Shown: positions 10,123-20,402, counted from the first letter of the stretch. The stretch is DNA of 64,000 nucleotides from Bacteroidota bacterium (GCA_005798825.1 SYIL01000035.1:12338-76337); one strand, 5' to 3'. Numbers and translations: made by a program. The notes: generated by a model from the letters alone, not told the origin.

Positions 10123-11094
10123 ATGAAAGGCCCCATTTCACAATTCATAGAAACGCATTATTTGCATTTTAATTCTGCAGCCCTAATTGATGCTGCCAAA
10201 GGCTATGAAACCCACCTTGTCGAGGGAGGTAAAATGATGATTACCCTTGCGGGTGCAATGAGTACAGCTGAGTTGGGCAAAAGTCTGGCCGAAATGATTC
10301 GACAAGGAAAAGTAGATATTATCTCTTGTACTGGAGCCAATTTGGAGGAAGATATCATGAATCTAGTCGCTCACAAACACTATAAAAGGGTTCCAAATTA
10401 CCGGGATTTAAGTCCACAAGATGAATGGAATTTACTCGAAAATCATTACAACCGCGTAACCGATACCTGTATCCCAGAAGAAGAAGCTTTTCGGCGACTA
10501 CAAAAACACATTCATGGTATATGGAAAGGTGCTCAAGACAAGGGTGAAAGGTATTTTCCCCATGAATATATGTACCAAATTTTACGCAGTGGCGAATTAG
10601 AACAATACTACGAAATTGATCCCAAAGACAGCTGGATGTTGGCGGCTGCAGAGCGCAACCTTCCCATTGTCGTTCCTGGGTGGGAGGACAGCACGATGGG
10701 GAATATATTTGCAAGCTATGTTATCAAAGGTGAATTGCAGGCCTCTACCATAAAGACAGGTATAGAGTATATGGTGTGGTTGGCCGATTGGTATATTAAC
10801 AATAGTGACGGAAAAGGCCTAGGATTTTTTCAAATAGGGGGGGGTATTGCAGGCGATTTCCCAATTTGTGTAGTACCCATGTTATACCAAGATATGGAAA
10901 TGACCAACATCCCTTTTTGGAGTTATTTTTGTCAGATTAGCGATTCTACAACCTCCTATGGCAGCTACAGTGGAGCGGTCCCCAATGAGAAAATTACCTG
11001 GGGTAAACTCGATATTCATACACCGAAATTCATCGTTGAAAGCGACGCCACCATCGTAGTGCCCCTGATTTTTGCATACGTATTGGGCAGGTAA
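10123..11094 (+). CDS. Deoxyhypusine synthase-like protein (probable homospermidine synthase)
   Basis: SCTGANLEED, IGGGI, YGSYSGA.PNEKITWGK, ESDATI motifs of the DHS family. Confidence 0.88.
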   Translation: MKGPISQFIETHYLHFNSAALIDAAKGYETHLVEGGKMMITLAGAMSTAELGKSLAEMIRQGKVDIISCTGANLEEDIMNLVAHKHYKRVPNYRDLSPQDEWNLLENHYNRVTDTCIPEEEAFRRLQKHIHGIWKGAQDKGERYFPHEYMYQILRSGELEQYYEIDPKDSWMLAAAERNLPIVVPGWEDSTMGNIFASYVIKGELQASTIKTGIEYMVWLADWYINNSDGKGLGFFQIGGGIAGDFPICVVPMLYQDMEMTNIPFWSYFCQISDSTTSYGSYSGAVPNEKITWGKLDIHTPKFIVESDATIVVPLIFAYVLGR

Positions 11095-11191
11095 TACCCT
11101 CCTTGGGTAAAAATTCGGTACTACTCAATTGGATGGATTTCTAAAAAATATTAATCTCTTCAAACAAAATTGGACCGCCTATATTTGCCGA

Positions 11192-12364
11192 ATGCTCTCA
11201 ATACCAAAAATGTCTGTCGTATGGTTATGTCTTTTTTTTTCGAAATTACCTGCACAATCATTTGAGGGCAAAACAATAAAATCTTCCACCATATCTGCAA
11301 AAAATATCAGTGCATTTGAACTGTACAACGCCAAGGGTAAAAAAATTTCCTACGCCCAACTTCTCAAATCATTGAAAGCAAAAATTACATCCCATTCACA
11401 GACGAGTACCGTTTTACTGTTTGGCGAATTACACGACAATCCGATTGTTCATTGGCTTCAAATTCAAATAAGTTCTGATTTGTACCGTATCAACAGCAAT
11501 ATGGTTTTGGGTGCAGAAATGTTCGAAACAAACCAGCAGATGGCGTTGGATGAATACCTCCATCCCAGCGACTCAGGCCAAGCCACCGAAAAAATAATGA
11601 ATCCCATGGGATCCATGACTGGAGATGATCCTGCCTATACCACATTGAAAAAATCCATAAAGTTATGGCCAAATTATAAAACTGATTACGCCCCATTATT
11701 GAATTTTGCCAAAGAAAATGGCCTGCCATTTATTGCCACCAACATTCCCCGTAAATATGCAAATTTGGTATACCGCGGCGACTTCAAAGCTTTAGACACG
11801 CTTCCGCCGGATCAAAAAAAACTATTTCCAAACCTGCCGATATACTACGATAGCACCCTGCGCTGTTACAAAGATATATTTATGGCTACAGGCGGGCATG
11901 GTGGACAAAATTTGCCTAAAAGTCAGGCTATCAAAGATGCTACCATGGCATGGAAAATATGGTCGAATCTTCCCCAGCCCAGCTATGGCATTCCAAAAAT
12001 TTCTTCTGAATCTTCCAATGTATCAGCAAGCCATCCTCTTCATCTTCATCTTCACCTTCACCTTCGTCGCGGTGGAGCTTCGGATCCGAGTAACCAAAAA
12101 AAATCAAATACTGTCGTTGGTGGGATATTCATCCACTATAATGGCACCTATCATTCCGACCACTATGAAAGTATTTCGTGGTATTTGCGCAAGGAAGAAG
12201 AAGCAAGAAATGCGGTCATTGTTTGTAAAGAAATACCCAAACCAATCCACATAATAACCATTGCTTCTCGCCTACAAGACGCGGTGAAACCCTTGGAAAA
12301 AGAAAATATAAACATCGCCGATTTTATTATTGTTATTCCTACCAACATGACTCGCACCTATTGA
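11192..12364 (+). CDS. ChaN-family (haem-uptake/iron-regulated) exported protein
   Basis: LFGELHDNP, GAEMFE, ATNIPR, QAIKDATMA, HYNGTYHSD. Start set to the ATG at 11192, which follows TATATTTG and precedes a signal-peptide-like stretch. Confidence 0.8.
   Translation: MLSIPKMSVVWLCLFFSKLPAQSFEGKTIKSSTISAKNISAFELYNAKGKKISYAQLLKSLKAKITSHSQTSTVLLFGELHDNPIVHWLQIQISSDLYRINSNMVLGAEMFETNQQMALDEYLHPSDSGQATEKIMNPMGSMTGDDPAYTTLKKSIKLWPNYKTDYAPLLNFAKENGLPFIATNIPRKYANLVYRGDFKALDTLPPDQKKLFPNLPIYYDSTLRCYKDIFMATGGHGGQNLPKSQAIKDATMAWKIWSNLPQPSYGIPKISSESSNVSASHPLHLHLHLHLRRGGASDPSNQKKSNTVVGGIFIHYNGTYHSDHYESISWYLRKEEEARNAVIVCKEIPKPIHIITIASRLQDAVKPLEKENINIADFIIVIPTNMTRTY
12038..12067 (+). repeat. In-frame hexanucleotide tandem repeat CTTCAT-CTTCAT-CTTCAC-CTTCAC-CTTCGT encoding LHLHLHLHLR
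   Basis: Read directly from the sequence. Confidence 0.9.
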
Positions 12365-12366
12365 TT

Positions 12367-12891
12367 ATGGCAGAAAATCTTAGTGACTCTTTCAAAACAA
12401 TAAAGGCCTTTGTATTCGATATCGACGGCGTACTTACCAATGGTCACGTATTAATAACAGAAGAAGGTCATATGCTTCGCAGCATGAATATAAAAGACGG
12501 TTATGCACTTCAACACGCCATTAAACAAGGGTATAATATTGGGATTATTTCGGGTGGGAAAGGAAGTGGCATTTTAGCACGACTGCAAGGATTGGGAATA
12601 ACAGACGTGTATTTGGGGCAAAGCCACAAAATGGAGGCCTTTGAAGAACTCCTTGCCAAATGGAATATAGGTGCCAGGGAAATCGCATATATGGGGGATG
12701 ACTACCCAGATCTACCTGTATTAAAAAAAGTGGGGTTGCCATGCAGCCCTGCAGATGCTTGCCAAGAAGTGCTGGAAATCGCGCACTATATTTCAACTTC
12801 AAATGGGGGAATGGGTTGTGTGCGCGAACTCATCGAAAAAGTAATGAAATTGCAAAATACCTGGAATAATTCCGATTCTACAACCTGGTAA
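12367..12891 (+). CDS. kdsC: KdsC-like HAD phosphatase (KDO 8-phosphate phosphatase)
   Basis: FVFDIDGVLT, NIKDGYA, ISGG, YMGDDYPD, GGMGCVRE. Confidence 0.88.
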   Translation: MAENLSDSFKTIKAFVFDIDGVLTNGHVLITEEGHMLRSMNIKDGYALQHAIKQGYNIGIISGGKGSGILARLQGLGITDVYLGQSHKMEAFEELLAKWNIGAREIAYMGDDYPDLPVLKKVGLPCSPADACQEVLEIAHYISTSNGGMGCVRELIEKVMKLQNTWNNSDSTTW

Positions 12892-13075
12892 TCGAACGCG
12901 GAAAATAGTTTATCATCAACTCCAACCGGGAGATTCAGTTCTCTGCCAATTCGGTGAGACACACCCATTCAGATTGCAGCATAAGACACAAAACATCGAA
13001 AAAAATATCCACTTGGAAAATCTAGTCCCCGAAAAATCAAACAAATAGACCCCCGTCCCGTTATATTTGTACTTA

Positions 13076-13735
13076 ATGATTGCATCCCAATTCATAATTG
13101 AACATTTGTGCCCCCTTCGCACAACAGACTCTGTAGAAGCCGCTCTGCTTTTCATGATTGAACAAGGCGTTACCGAACTCCCGATTGTTGAACAGAAACA
13201 ATTATACAATTATGCACGACTGTCTCAACTTGGAACTTTACCCAAAACACAAAAATTATACGAATCCATTCCAAAAAACCCCTTTCCCCCTGCTGCTAAA
13301 ACCAACAACCATGTATACGAAATTTTACCCGTGTTGGCTGCCAATGACTTGTCTCTTCTGGCAGTGATTGATGAAAAGGGACAATTTTTGGGTATCATCG
13401 AACAAAAAAGTATCAACAAACACATTGCAGAAAGTTTCACTTATCGTGGTATGGGTGCCATTTTGGTTCTCTTAATGCACGATCGCGATTTCGCACCCTC
13501 TACATTGGCTAGATGGATAGAAGAGAATGGCGCGAAAATACTCGGAATCATGATTAATCATACTTCGGATGGACAGTTGCGAATCAATATCAAACTCAAT
13601 AGTATACAAGTAAAAGCAATACTGGCAACCTTGCACCGACAAAAAATTGTGGTTGAACATGTTTTCCTGGCTGAAGACCACGATGAAAATGACAAAAAAG
13701 CCTTTGATATTGCTTTTAAATTTTTTGATATCTAG
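13076..13735 (+). CDS. CBS-domain protein (AcuB-like, with ACT-like C-terminus)
   Basis: CBS pair (ELPIVE; LAVIDEKGQFLGII) followed by GAILVL..WIEENGAKIL..NIKLN. Confidence 0.75.
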   Translation: MIASQFIIEHLCPLRTTDSVEAALLFMIEQGVTELPIVEQKQLYNYARLSQLGTLPKTQKLYESIPKNPFPPAAKTNNHVYEILPVLAANDLSLLAVIDEKGQFLGIIEQKSINKHIAESFTYRGMGAILVLLMHDRDFAPSTLARWIEENGAKILGIMINHTSDGQLRINIKLNSIQVKAILATLHRQKIVVEHVFLAEDHDENDKKAFDIAFKFFDI

Positions 13736-13812
13736 ACAAATTAAACGTTTTTTGAAGCAACTAAATTTTTAACGATTTACAATCGTAGAATAGGTAATTT
13801 TGAACTTCGAAC

Positions 13813-14880
13813 ATGAAAGAAATGATGCCATCAAACCCCATAAGTAAGCCCAAAAATCTCATTTCAGAAGAAACCATAAAACCGCTCAATTTAACAGATG
13901 TTATCAATTTTTTCTGGCGTTGGCGAAAACTACTGATTGTTTCGTGTAGCATCGCAGCTGCGCTGGCGTTTGTTGTAACCATGCCCTTCATTACCCAGCC
14001 TAAATACCAGGCTACCCATATATTTTACCCCACCAAAAACAATTCTATTTCCGAAGCCTTGCTATCTGATATCCACCAGAGCAAAAAAGACCCCCTCGAA
14101 TTTGGGGAAGAAGAAGAAGCTGAAAAGGCGATGCAAATTTTACTTTCTGCTGATTTAACCAGCAGATTGGTAAGGAATTTTAATTTATACAAACACTATA
14201 ATATAAATTCAAACACAGAGAAATATCCAAAAACCGCATTGCAATACAAATTAAAAGACAATTTTAGTGTCACCCGCACAAGGTACCTCAGTGTTAAAAT
14301 TGAAGTGCTTGATGAAAATCCCCAAATGGCCGCAGATTTGGCCAACGGAATGGCAATTTTGTTTGATTCTATTAAAACTGAAATCCAAAACCAAATTGCG
14401 ATTCCTGCATTAAAAATTGTTGAACGGGCCTTGCAGGCAAAGCGCGACAAAATCCAAAACACAAAAGACCAGATGCGCAAATTGGGTGAAGAAGGCATTA
14501 CCAATTACGAAGAACAAAGTAGGGCATTGGCAGAAGAAATTTATAAAGCACAATCGAGTGGAAAAACTACACAAATGAATTCACTTTTAGACCAGCAAAA
14601 AACACTTGTTCGAAGTGGTGGAGATTTTGTGGCATTGCAAGAATTAATCAAATTAGAAGAGGAAAAAGAAAGTGATTTAATCGCTCAATATGAAAGGCGT
14701 GTCGTCGATGTAAATGAAAAAATGTCGCATAAAATGACCATTGAGGCAGCATCAAAACCCGAAATAAAATTTTGGCCCAAACGGGGTTTTGTAATGATCA
14801 TTTCTGTTTTGTCTACACTGCTGGCCACCTCTCTGGTGCTTGTCACGATCGAAATTTTCCGGAAACAACCCGGCGCATAA
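13813..14880 (+). CDS. Wzz-like polysaccharide chain-length determinant / co-polymerase
   Basis: N-terminal TM segment then PKYQAT, coiled-coil periplasmic region, C-terminal P..K.WPKR plus TM segment. Confidence 0.78.
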   Translation: MKEMMPSNPISKPKNLISEETIKPLNLTDVINFFWRWRKLLIVSCSIAAALAFVVTMPFITQPKYQATHIFYPTKNNSISEALLSDIHQSKKDPLEFGEEEEAEKAMQILLSADLTSRLVRNFNLYKHYNINSNTEKYPKTALQYKLKDNFSVTRTRYLSVKIEVLDENPQMAADLANGMAILFDSIKTEIQNQIAIPALKIVERALQAKRDKIQNTKDQMRKLGEEGITNYEEQSRALAEEIYKAQSSGKTTQMNSLLDQQKTLVRSGGDFVALQELIKLEEEKESDLIAQYERRVVDVNEKMSHKMTIEAASKPEIKFWPKRGFVMIISVLSTLLATSLVLVTIEIFRKQPGA

Positions 14881-14883
14881 ATT

Positions 14884-16356
14884 GTGCTAAACCCACACGC
14901 AATACCCAATCTACAATCGCGTTTTGCGGTAATCGCATGTGTTCTTCTCATTGTTATTTTTTCAGTTTTCGCGACCTTGTTTGAATTGTATTATCTCCTG
15001 TTTATTCCCTTGGTGCTTGGTCTACTTTTATTAATTTTCTTTTATACAGAACGCAGTCTGCTTTTCTTCGGAGCTCTTGCCCCATTGAGTATTAATTTTG
15101 ATGATATCGGGGGAGGATTTGGAATTTCACTCCCCACTGAACCTCTTTACACTCTTTTGTTTGTATTTTTAATTTTTCGTTGGCTTCTTCATCCCGAATT
15201 TGATCGAACAATACTCCTTCATCCCATCAGTATTTGCCTTCTGATTTACCTGGGCTTAATGTGGATTTCGACAATATTCAGCACAATGCCAATGGTAAGT
15301 CTCAAGTTTGCATTGGCCCGAACCTGTTACATTGTTTTGTTCTATTTCTGTACTTTACGTATTTTTTCGTCCTTCAAAAACATCCATTGGTTTTTTAAAG
15401 CCTTTGCATTTACAACACTTTTACTGGTAATTTTTACCCTATCCAAACACGCTGCAGATGGATTTGTTCGCAGCAGCAGCTACAGTATTTCATGGCCTTT
15501 CTTTCCAGACCATGGTATGTATGCAGCAGCCATTGCGTTTGCGGTATCTATTTTGGTTGTATACAGCTTTGCAGGCCGCCATTTCGGTATTCCCTTACTC
15601 TCATCACCTGCAATAATTTTTCTTTTAACCATTTTGGTGTTTGGTGTTGTCGTGAGTTATACCCGCGCAACCTGGCTAAGCTTGGTTATTGCCTTGGTGG
15701 TTTTTGGTGCCCTAACCGTAAGGCTTCAATTTAAATTAATCGCCCTATTGTTATTTGTAACGGCAATATATGGTATTGCTGAGCAAGACAAAATCATGTT
15801 TAATTTGGAAGGCAATAAGCAAGGAAGCAGTGATGACATTGAAGGCCACGTAAAATCTGCATCCAATGTTACCACTGATCCAAGCAATATGGAACGCATC
15901 AATCGTTGGAAGTGTGCTGCGAGAATGGTTGCAGAGCACCCTTGGTCTGGATTTGGACCTGGCACGTATGTATTTCAATATTCGCCATTCCAAAAGAGCA
16001 ATGAACTTACACTCATTAGCACATTTAGAGGCGATATGGGTGATGCACACAGCGAATATTTTTCTGCGATGAGCGAAATTGGATTCCCTGGTCTTATTGC
16101 CTGGCTTGGATTTGTACTTTCGACATTGGCCATCGGGTTTCGGGTTTATTATGCACACCAAATTGGTAAAATCCGTTACACAGTCTTGATTGCAATGCTG
16201 GGACTTATTACCTACTATGTGCATGGATTCTTAAACAACTACAGCCAATACGATAAAATTGCTGTTCCTTTGTGGACGTTCACGGCAGTCATTGCTGCAC
16301 TGGATATTTACCACAAAGAACCCCTCGACAATGTACGAGAAACTCAAAAAAAGTAA
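14884..16356 (+). CDS. O-antigen ligase/polymerase family membrane protein (Wzy_C domain)
   Basis: Many TM helices; SYTRATWL, SNMERINRW, HPWSGFGPG, DAHSEY. Confidence 0.85.
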   Translation: MLNPHAIPNLQSRFAVIACVLLIVIFSVFATLFELYYLLFIPLVLGLLLLIFFYTERSLLFFGALAPLSINFDDIGGGFGISLPTEPLYTLLFVFLIFRWLLHPEFDRTILLHPISICLLIYLGLMWISTIFSTMPMVSLKFALARTCYIVLFYFCTLRIFSSFKNIHWFFKAFAFTTLLLVIFTLSKHAADGFVRSSSYSISWPFFPDHGMYAAAIAFAVSILVVYSFAGRHFGIPLLSSPAIIFLLTILVFGVVVSYTRATWLSLVIALVVFGALTVRLQFKLIALLLFVTAIYGIAEQDKIMFNLEGNKQGSSDDIEGHVKSASNVTTDPSNMERINRWKCAARMVAEHPWSGFGPGTYVFQYSPFQKSNELTLISTFRGDMGDAHSEYFSAMSEIGFPGLIAWLGFVLSTLAIGFRVYYAHQIGKIRYTVLIAMLGLITYYVHGFLNNYSQYDKIAVPLWTFTAVIAALDIYHKEPLDNVRETQKK

Positions 16357-17386
16357 ATTGTTTATTTCTGGAGCCTCCCTCTGCCTGGTTTTGGTTGTTG
16401 TGGGTATTTTGGGATATTCCATTACCATTGACAAATCACCAAATGCCAACCAAATCGTTCCAGAATGGTCTAATCTTGGGCCTGGGAGCACGGTGTATTT
16501 TCGAAATGAAATCCAAGTTGCTCACGAATCAAATGACCCTGCAATAGTCGAGTCAGAACCCGTGAATGCTGAAAATTTTACCACTACTCCCCCCTATTTA
16601 TACTGGGCTTTAGGGAATCCCAATTTACCAAAAATTCACGCTTTGGAAAATACAAAAAAACAGAATATTCGCAATCAAACACCAGGCTCTACCGATACAT
16701 CAATACAAAGTAGGACTTTCTGGCTTGGCAGTGACCAATTTGGGCGAGATATTCTCAGTAGAATGATAATAGGTGCGCGAATTAGCCTATCCATTGGATT
16801 CTTGGCCATGCTTATATCCTTGATTATTGGAATTGCAGTGGGCATTATTGCAGGTTATTTTGGAGGAAAAACGGATGCATTCTTATCTTGGCTAATCACT
16901 GTGTTTTGGTCGGTACCTACTTTGCTTATTGCCTTAGGCCTTAGCATGGTGTTGGGCAAAGGCTATTACCAGGTTTTGCTTGCAACCGCATTGAGCACAT
17001 GGGTAGAAGTGGCAAGGGTTGTTCGCGGACAAACGCTTCAAATCAAACAACGCGAATTTGTTCTGGCAGCCAAAATAACGGGATTCTCCCATACACGAAT
17101 CATGCTGAAGCATATTTTGCCAAACTTGAAAGGCTCTCTCACTGTTTTGGCAACAACCAATTTTGCATCGGCTATATTGTTAGAAGCAGGTTTGGGATTC
17201 TTGGGACTCGGTGTCGCACCGCCAACTCCTTCCTGGGGCTTGATGGTGAAAGAAAATTTGGGTTATTTGGTGCTTGACAATAGCTATTTGGCACTGATTC
17301 CAGGAATCGCCATTATGATTCTTGTAATGGCTTTTAATTTAATGTCAATGGGACTTCGCGATGCTCTAGACCCTTACAAGGAGTAA
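16331..17386 (+). CDS. Peptide/nickel ABC transporter permease (OppC/DppC)
   Basis: LGSDQFGRDILSR..GARISL, EAA-like loop REFVLAAKITG, KHILPN, PPTPSWG, LRDALDP. Confidence 0.92.
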   Translation: MYEKLKKSKLFISGASLCLVLVVVGILGYSITIDKSPNANQIVPEWSNLGPGSTVYFRNEIQVAHESNDPAIVESEPVNAENFTTTPPYLYWALGNPNLPKIHALENTKKQNIRNQTPGSTDTSIQSRTFWLGSDQFGRDILSRMIIGARISLSIGFLAMLISLIIGIAVGIIAGYFGGKTDAFLSWLITVFWSVPTLLIALGLSMVLGKGYYQVLLATALSTWVEVARVVRGQTLQIKQREFVLAAKITGFSHTRIMLKHILPNLKGSLTVLATTNFASAILLEAGLGFLGLGVAPPTPSWGLMVKENLGYLVLDNSYLALIPGIAIMILVMAFNLMSMGLRDALDPYKE

Positions 17387-17410
17387 ATGATATTCTTCGT
17401 TTTATACCTA

Positions 17411-20143
17411 CTATCTTGCTTGAATCACCAAGGGAATAGGATAATATCGGGAACTGCCATTAACCATAAGATAATACAACCCTGGATTAAGTTTTAATGG
17501 GACAATGAGCACATCGTTTAGGGCATTTCCCTTGTCAACAATGCGCCCCAAAGGATCAATCCATGTGAAAGAGGCATTCCCCAGTCCCCTCAAAAATACG
17601 CTCGAACCGATTGTTGATGGATTTGGATAGGCCCGAATTTGTTGCCTTGTGATATCTTCGACTGCGGTATGGTCTACCATAACTGAGATATCGGCTGTGT
17701 CTTTGCATCCGTTGCTATTGCTCGTGGTCACTAAACGAACCATATATTGTCCTGCATTGCTGTATTGGTGTACGCCTGGCAGACCTGTTTTCTTGGTTCC
17801 GTCGCCCCAATCCCAGTCAAAACTGAGACCTGCAGTAGAAATGGGCACACAATTGAGTTTGTGTTGCCATAATAAATTCCAAGTAAAACCGGCCGCAGGT
17901 CGGGGTTTTACCTTTAATTCCAATAGTTTACGCTTGCCAAAACATGCCTTGTTTTCAGTTTCATAATACACTTTTCGACTGCTCAGCACCATGCCCAAAT
18001 TAAAAGTAGAACCAATATATAAAGGTTCTGTTGCAAGGGTATCTTCATACCAATATACTTTGCCAAAAGGAATTGTAACTTTCATGATACCCAGTCCCTT
18101 AGCGCATACAGGAATTGCTTCTGTAGATAATGGTATAGGAATTTCATTTACTATCACCGCAACACTATCAAAACTCCCAGCAAAACATGCCCCTTCAGAA
18201 GACTTGTAATAGACAAACTGTTGACCCTTTAATCCACCCAAAACTGGTGTTTTACCACTGTAAAAAGGTGTTTTGTCTGTTTTTTTCATATACCAATGTA
18301 ATTTGCCCCAGTTGGTTGATCCAAAGAGTCTTGCCGAATCATCAGAGCACGCTGTATCGCCTTCTGCACCAAATACTTCAGGAAAATCAAATGTATTTAT
18401 TTTAATTGCCGATCGGCCACTTCCACATATTCCATTCCAAGACTCAACATACACATAGTTTTCTCCACGTTTATCCCCTTTGAATGAATATTGATTCCCT
18501 TTTGCCACCGAAGTTCCTCCTGTAGCATCGAGAAACCATCGCAATGTATCATTGCCATTGGACTTAGCAATCAAGGTGACTGTATTGTTACCTCCCCTTG
18601 CACACACAAACGTATCCGAAGGGACTTTGGGTGCACTGGGCGCAAAACTGGATCCAACAAACGCTTTAACCTGCTTTGGACCACCCGCAAAATAACAACC
18701 ATTATTATTGGCGATAACATAAAATTGCGTATCCTTACTGAGCTTGCCTGTTTGTAATACAGACCCTGTATGCACCAAATTTCCCCCTGTGGCTTGGTCA
18801 TACCAGTACAATTTTCCAAAATTTGTATTTGCCTGTAAATTGGCGGTTGCTCCCGCGCAAATTGAATCATTTTTAATTGTAAATTGAGTAGGATAATTAT
18901 TGACTGAAAATGCCACTGTTAACCAACCCGATTCACAGGTGTTATTGACTGCCTTAACATAAAATGTGTCGTTTTTTTGAACATTGTAAATCGTGTATTT
19001 ATTTCCTTCAAAGAAGGGCTTTGGATCTCCAATTTTAGCAAACCATTGCAATTTGGCCTGTGCATCCGATGTGACAATGATTGAAACAGTATCGCCAATG
19101 CACCCTTTGGCTGAATCGTATAGACTGGGAGTACTGGGTTTGAAATAAATGGTTTGTAGCGACGTATCAGCACATTGAATTCGGTTCGCAAAATACGGAG
19201 GTCCTGAATATCCGTAAAGGGTTGAAATTAAGCGAACAGGTATGTTTTTTCGTGTTTTGGGTTTGAATTTCCCATCCACGGCGTTGAGATAGGTGGAATT
19301 GTCAAACATCCACAGATGACTAAATCTCTCAACATTGGCATATACATAATAATTATAAAATATGCTACCACTCACGTTTTTCTTATTCTGGTTCGCAAAA
19401 TACAGGGTATCTGAATTGGCATAACAATTCTGTGTAAAGGAAAAATCAGCCCCCAATTTATAACCAACAAATGGATACATCTGCATATGGCTATTGAATA
19501 AAACACCACCGATATTTAAACTCAAGCACCGATACCATTTGCCACTTACCGAGCCAACACATAGGTTGCGTTTCTTACCATCACCATTGGCCCAAGAATT
19601 TGAAACCACCGCCGCCAAAGCACTTGTACTATCAGATTCGACGACAATAATATAGGGGGTGGTAACTGAAACCGCTTTGCCAAAATCTGCATTGAGCACA
19701 ATACGACTCAAGGGTATAGTGCTTCCCATAACAGTATCTACAGTAATCGTATCGCTGGCCAATGGAGATCCGCTGGGCAATGAGTCGGCACCTGCCTTGT
19801 ATAAATTACAAATAATGTTTATTTTCAAAGAGCGCGCAGGGGTTGGGGGAACCGAAAAACCAAAAAAACGAAACCCCGATACTGTCATTGATGAAGGCGC
19901 ATCAAAGAATTGGCCCAAGGAACTCCCTTTTTTAATTGTAATGCTGTTGTATGCTGTTGTACCAGAAGATGGAAAATACGAGGTGTCTGCACCGCATTTT
20001 GTAGGTTTAGAAGCGCTCCTGTTTTCTACAGATTTTTTGGTTAGTTGAGGAATATCTGAAACTATTGTTCTACCCCCTTCCATAAGTTGCGCTTGTAGGG
20101 GTAATAGCCATAAAACAACTCCCAAGAGAACAAAATTTTTCAT
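17411..20143 (-). CDS. T9SS-secreted protein with Ig-like repeats, a PKD domain and a type A CTD
   Basis: Signal peptide; about five repeats of C.G....L......W(Y/F)..TGG..; PKD motif WDWGDG..HQY..AGQY.VRL; CTD YPNP..DPLGR..GLYYL. Confidence 0.8.
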   Translation of the reverse strand: MKNFVLLGVVLWLLPLQAQLMEGGRTIVSDIPQLTKKSVENRSASKPTKCGADTSYFPSSGTTAYNSITIKKGSSLGQFFDAPSSMTVSGFRFFGFSVPPTPARSLKINIICNLYKAGADSLPSGSPLASDTITVDTVMGSTIPLSRIVLNADFGKAVSVTTPYIIVVESDSTSALAAVVSNSWANGDGKKRNLCVGSVSGKWYRCLSLNIGGVLFNSHMQMYPFVGYKLGADFSFTQNCYANSDTLYFANQNKKNVSGSIFYNYYVYANVERFSHLWMFDNSTYLNAVDGKFKPKTRKNIPVRLISTLYGYSGPPYFANRIQCADTSLQTIYFKPSTPSLYDSAKGCIGDTVSIIVTSDAQAKLQWFAKIGDPKPFFEGNKYTIYNVQKNDTFYVKAVNNTCESGWLTVAFSVNNYPTQFTIKNDSICAGATANLQANTNFGKLYWYDQATGGNLVHTGSVLQTGKLSKDTQFYVIANNNGCYFAGGPKQVKAFVGSSFAPSAPKVPSDTFVCARGGNNTVTLIAKSNGNDTLRWFLDATGGTSVAKGNQYSFKGDKRGENYVYVESWNGICGSGRSAIKINTFDFPEVFGAEGDTACSDDSARLFGSTNWGKLHWYMKKTDKTPFYSGKTPVLGGLKGQQFVYYKSSEGACFAGSFDSVAVIVNEIPIPLSTEAIPVCAKGLGIMKVTIPFGKVYWYEDTLATEPLYIGSTFNLGMVLSSRKVYYETENKACFGKRKLLELKVKPRPAAGFTWNLLWQHKLNCVPISTAGLSFDWDWGDGTKKTGLPGVHQYSNAGQYMVRLVTTSNSNGCKDTADISVMVDHTAVEDITRQQIRAYPNPSTIGSSVFLRGLGNASFTWIDPLGRIVDKGNALNDVLIVPLKLNPGLYYLMVNGSSRYYPIPLVIQAR

Positions 20144-20275
20144 ACAAATTCAATCCGGTATACGCTATGTAAATTAACATATTAATAATCAAATTGTCAA
20201 ATAATTGTGCAATACGTTTCTTACACAGTTAAACTACTATCCTTGTATGGTTTTGGGCGGACTAATTGAAATTGA

Positions 20276-20316
20276 AGCAGCATTTGGTCGATTTTTGTGG
20301 AGAATACCTCCTTATT
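20276..20316 (+). repeat. Imperfect direct repeat, copy A (AGCAGCATTTG..AGAATA..CTCCTTATT)
   Basis: Same three blocks in the same order as 24558-24607. Confidence 0.5.
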
Positions 20317-20402
20317 ATTATCCCTCATTGTCAAAAACACCCCCTTGAAGACATATATGGATTAGCAATAAATCATGTATTTTTGTGATCACCATACAAA
20401 CC

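Noticed and set aside
10837..10844. G8 homopolymer as a phase-variation tract
   Set aside because: It encodes the conserved GGG of IGGGI in a metabolic enzyme, and the frame is intact.
12892..13060. Intergenic stem-loops as a riboswitch or sRNA
   Set aside because: Only short pairings, and no match to a family I recognise; an Rfam cmscan would be needed.
16500..16710. Long polar segment in OppC counted as an unusual insertion
   Set aside because: Bacteroidota OppC homologues commonly have a variable periplasmic region here, as far as I recall.
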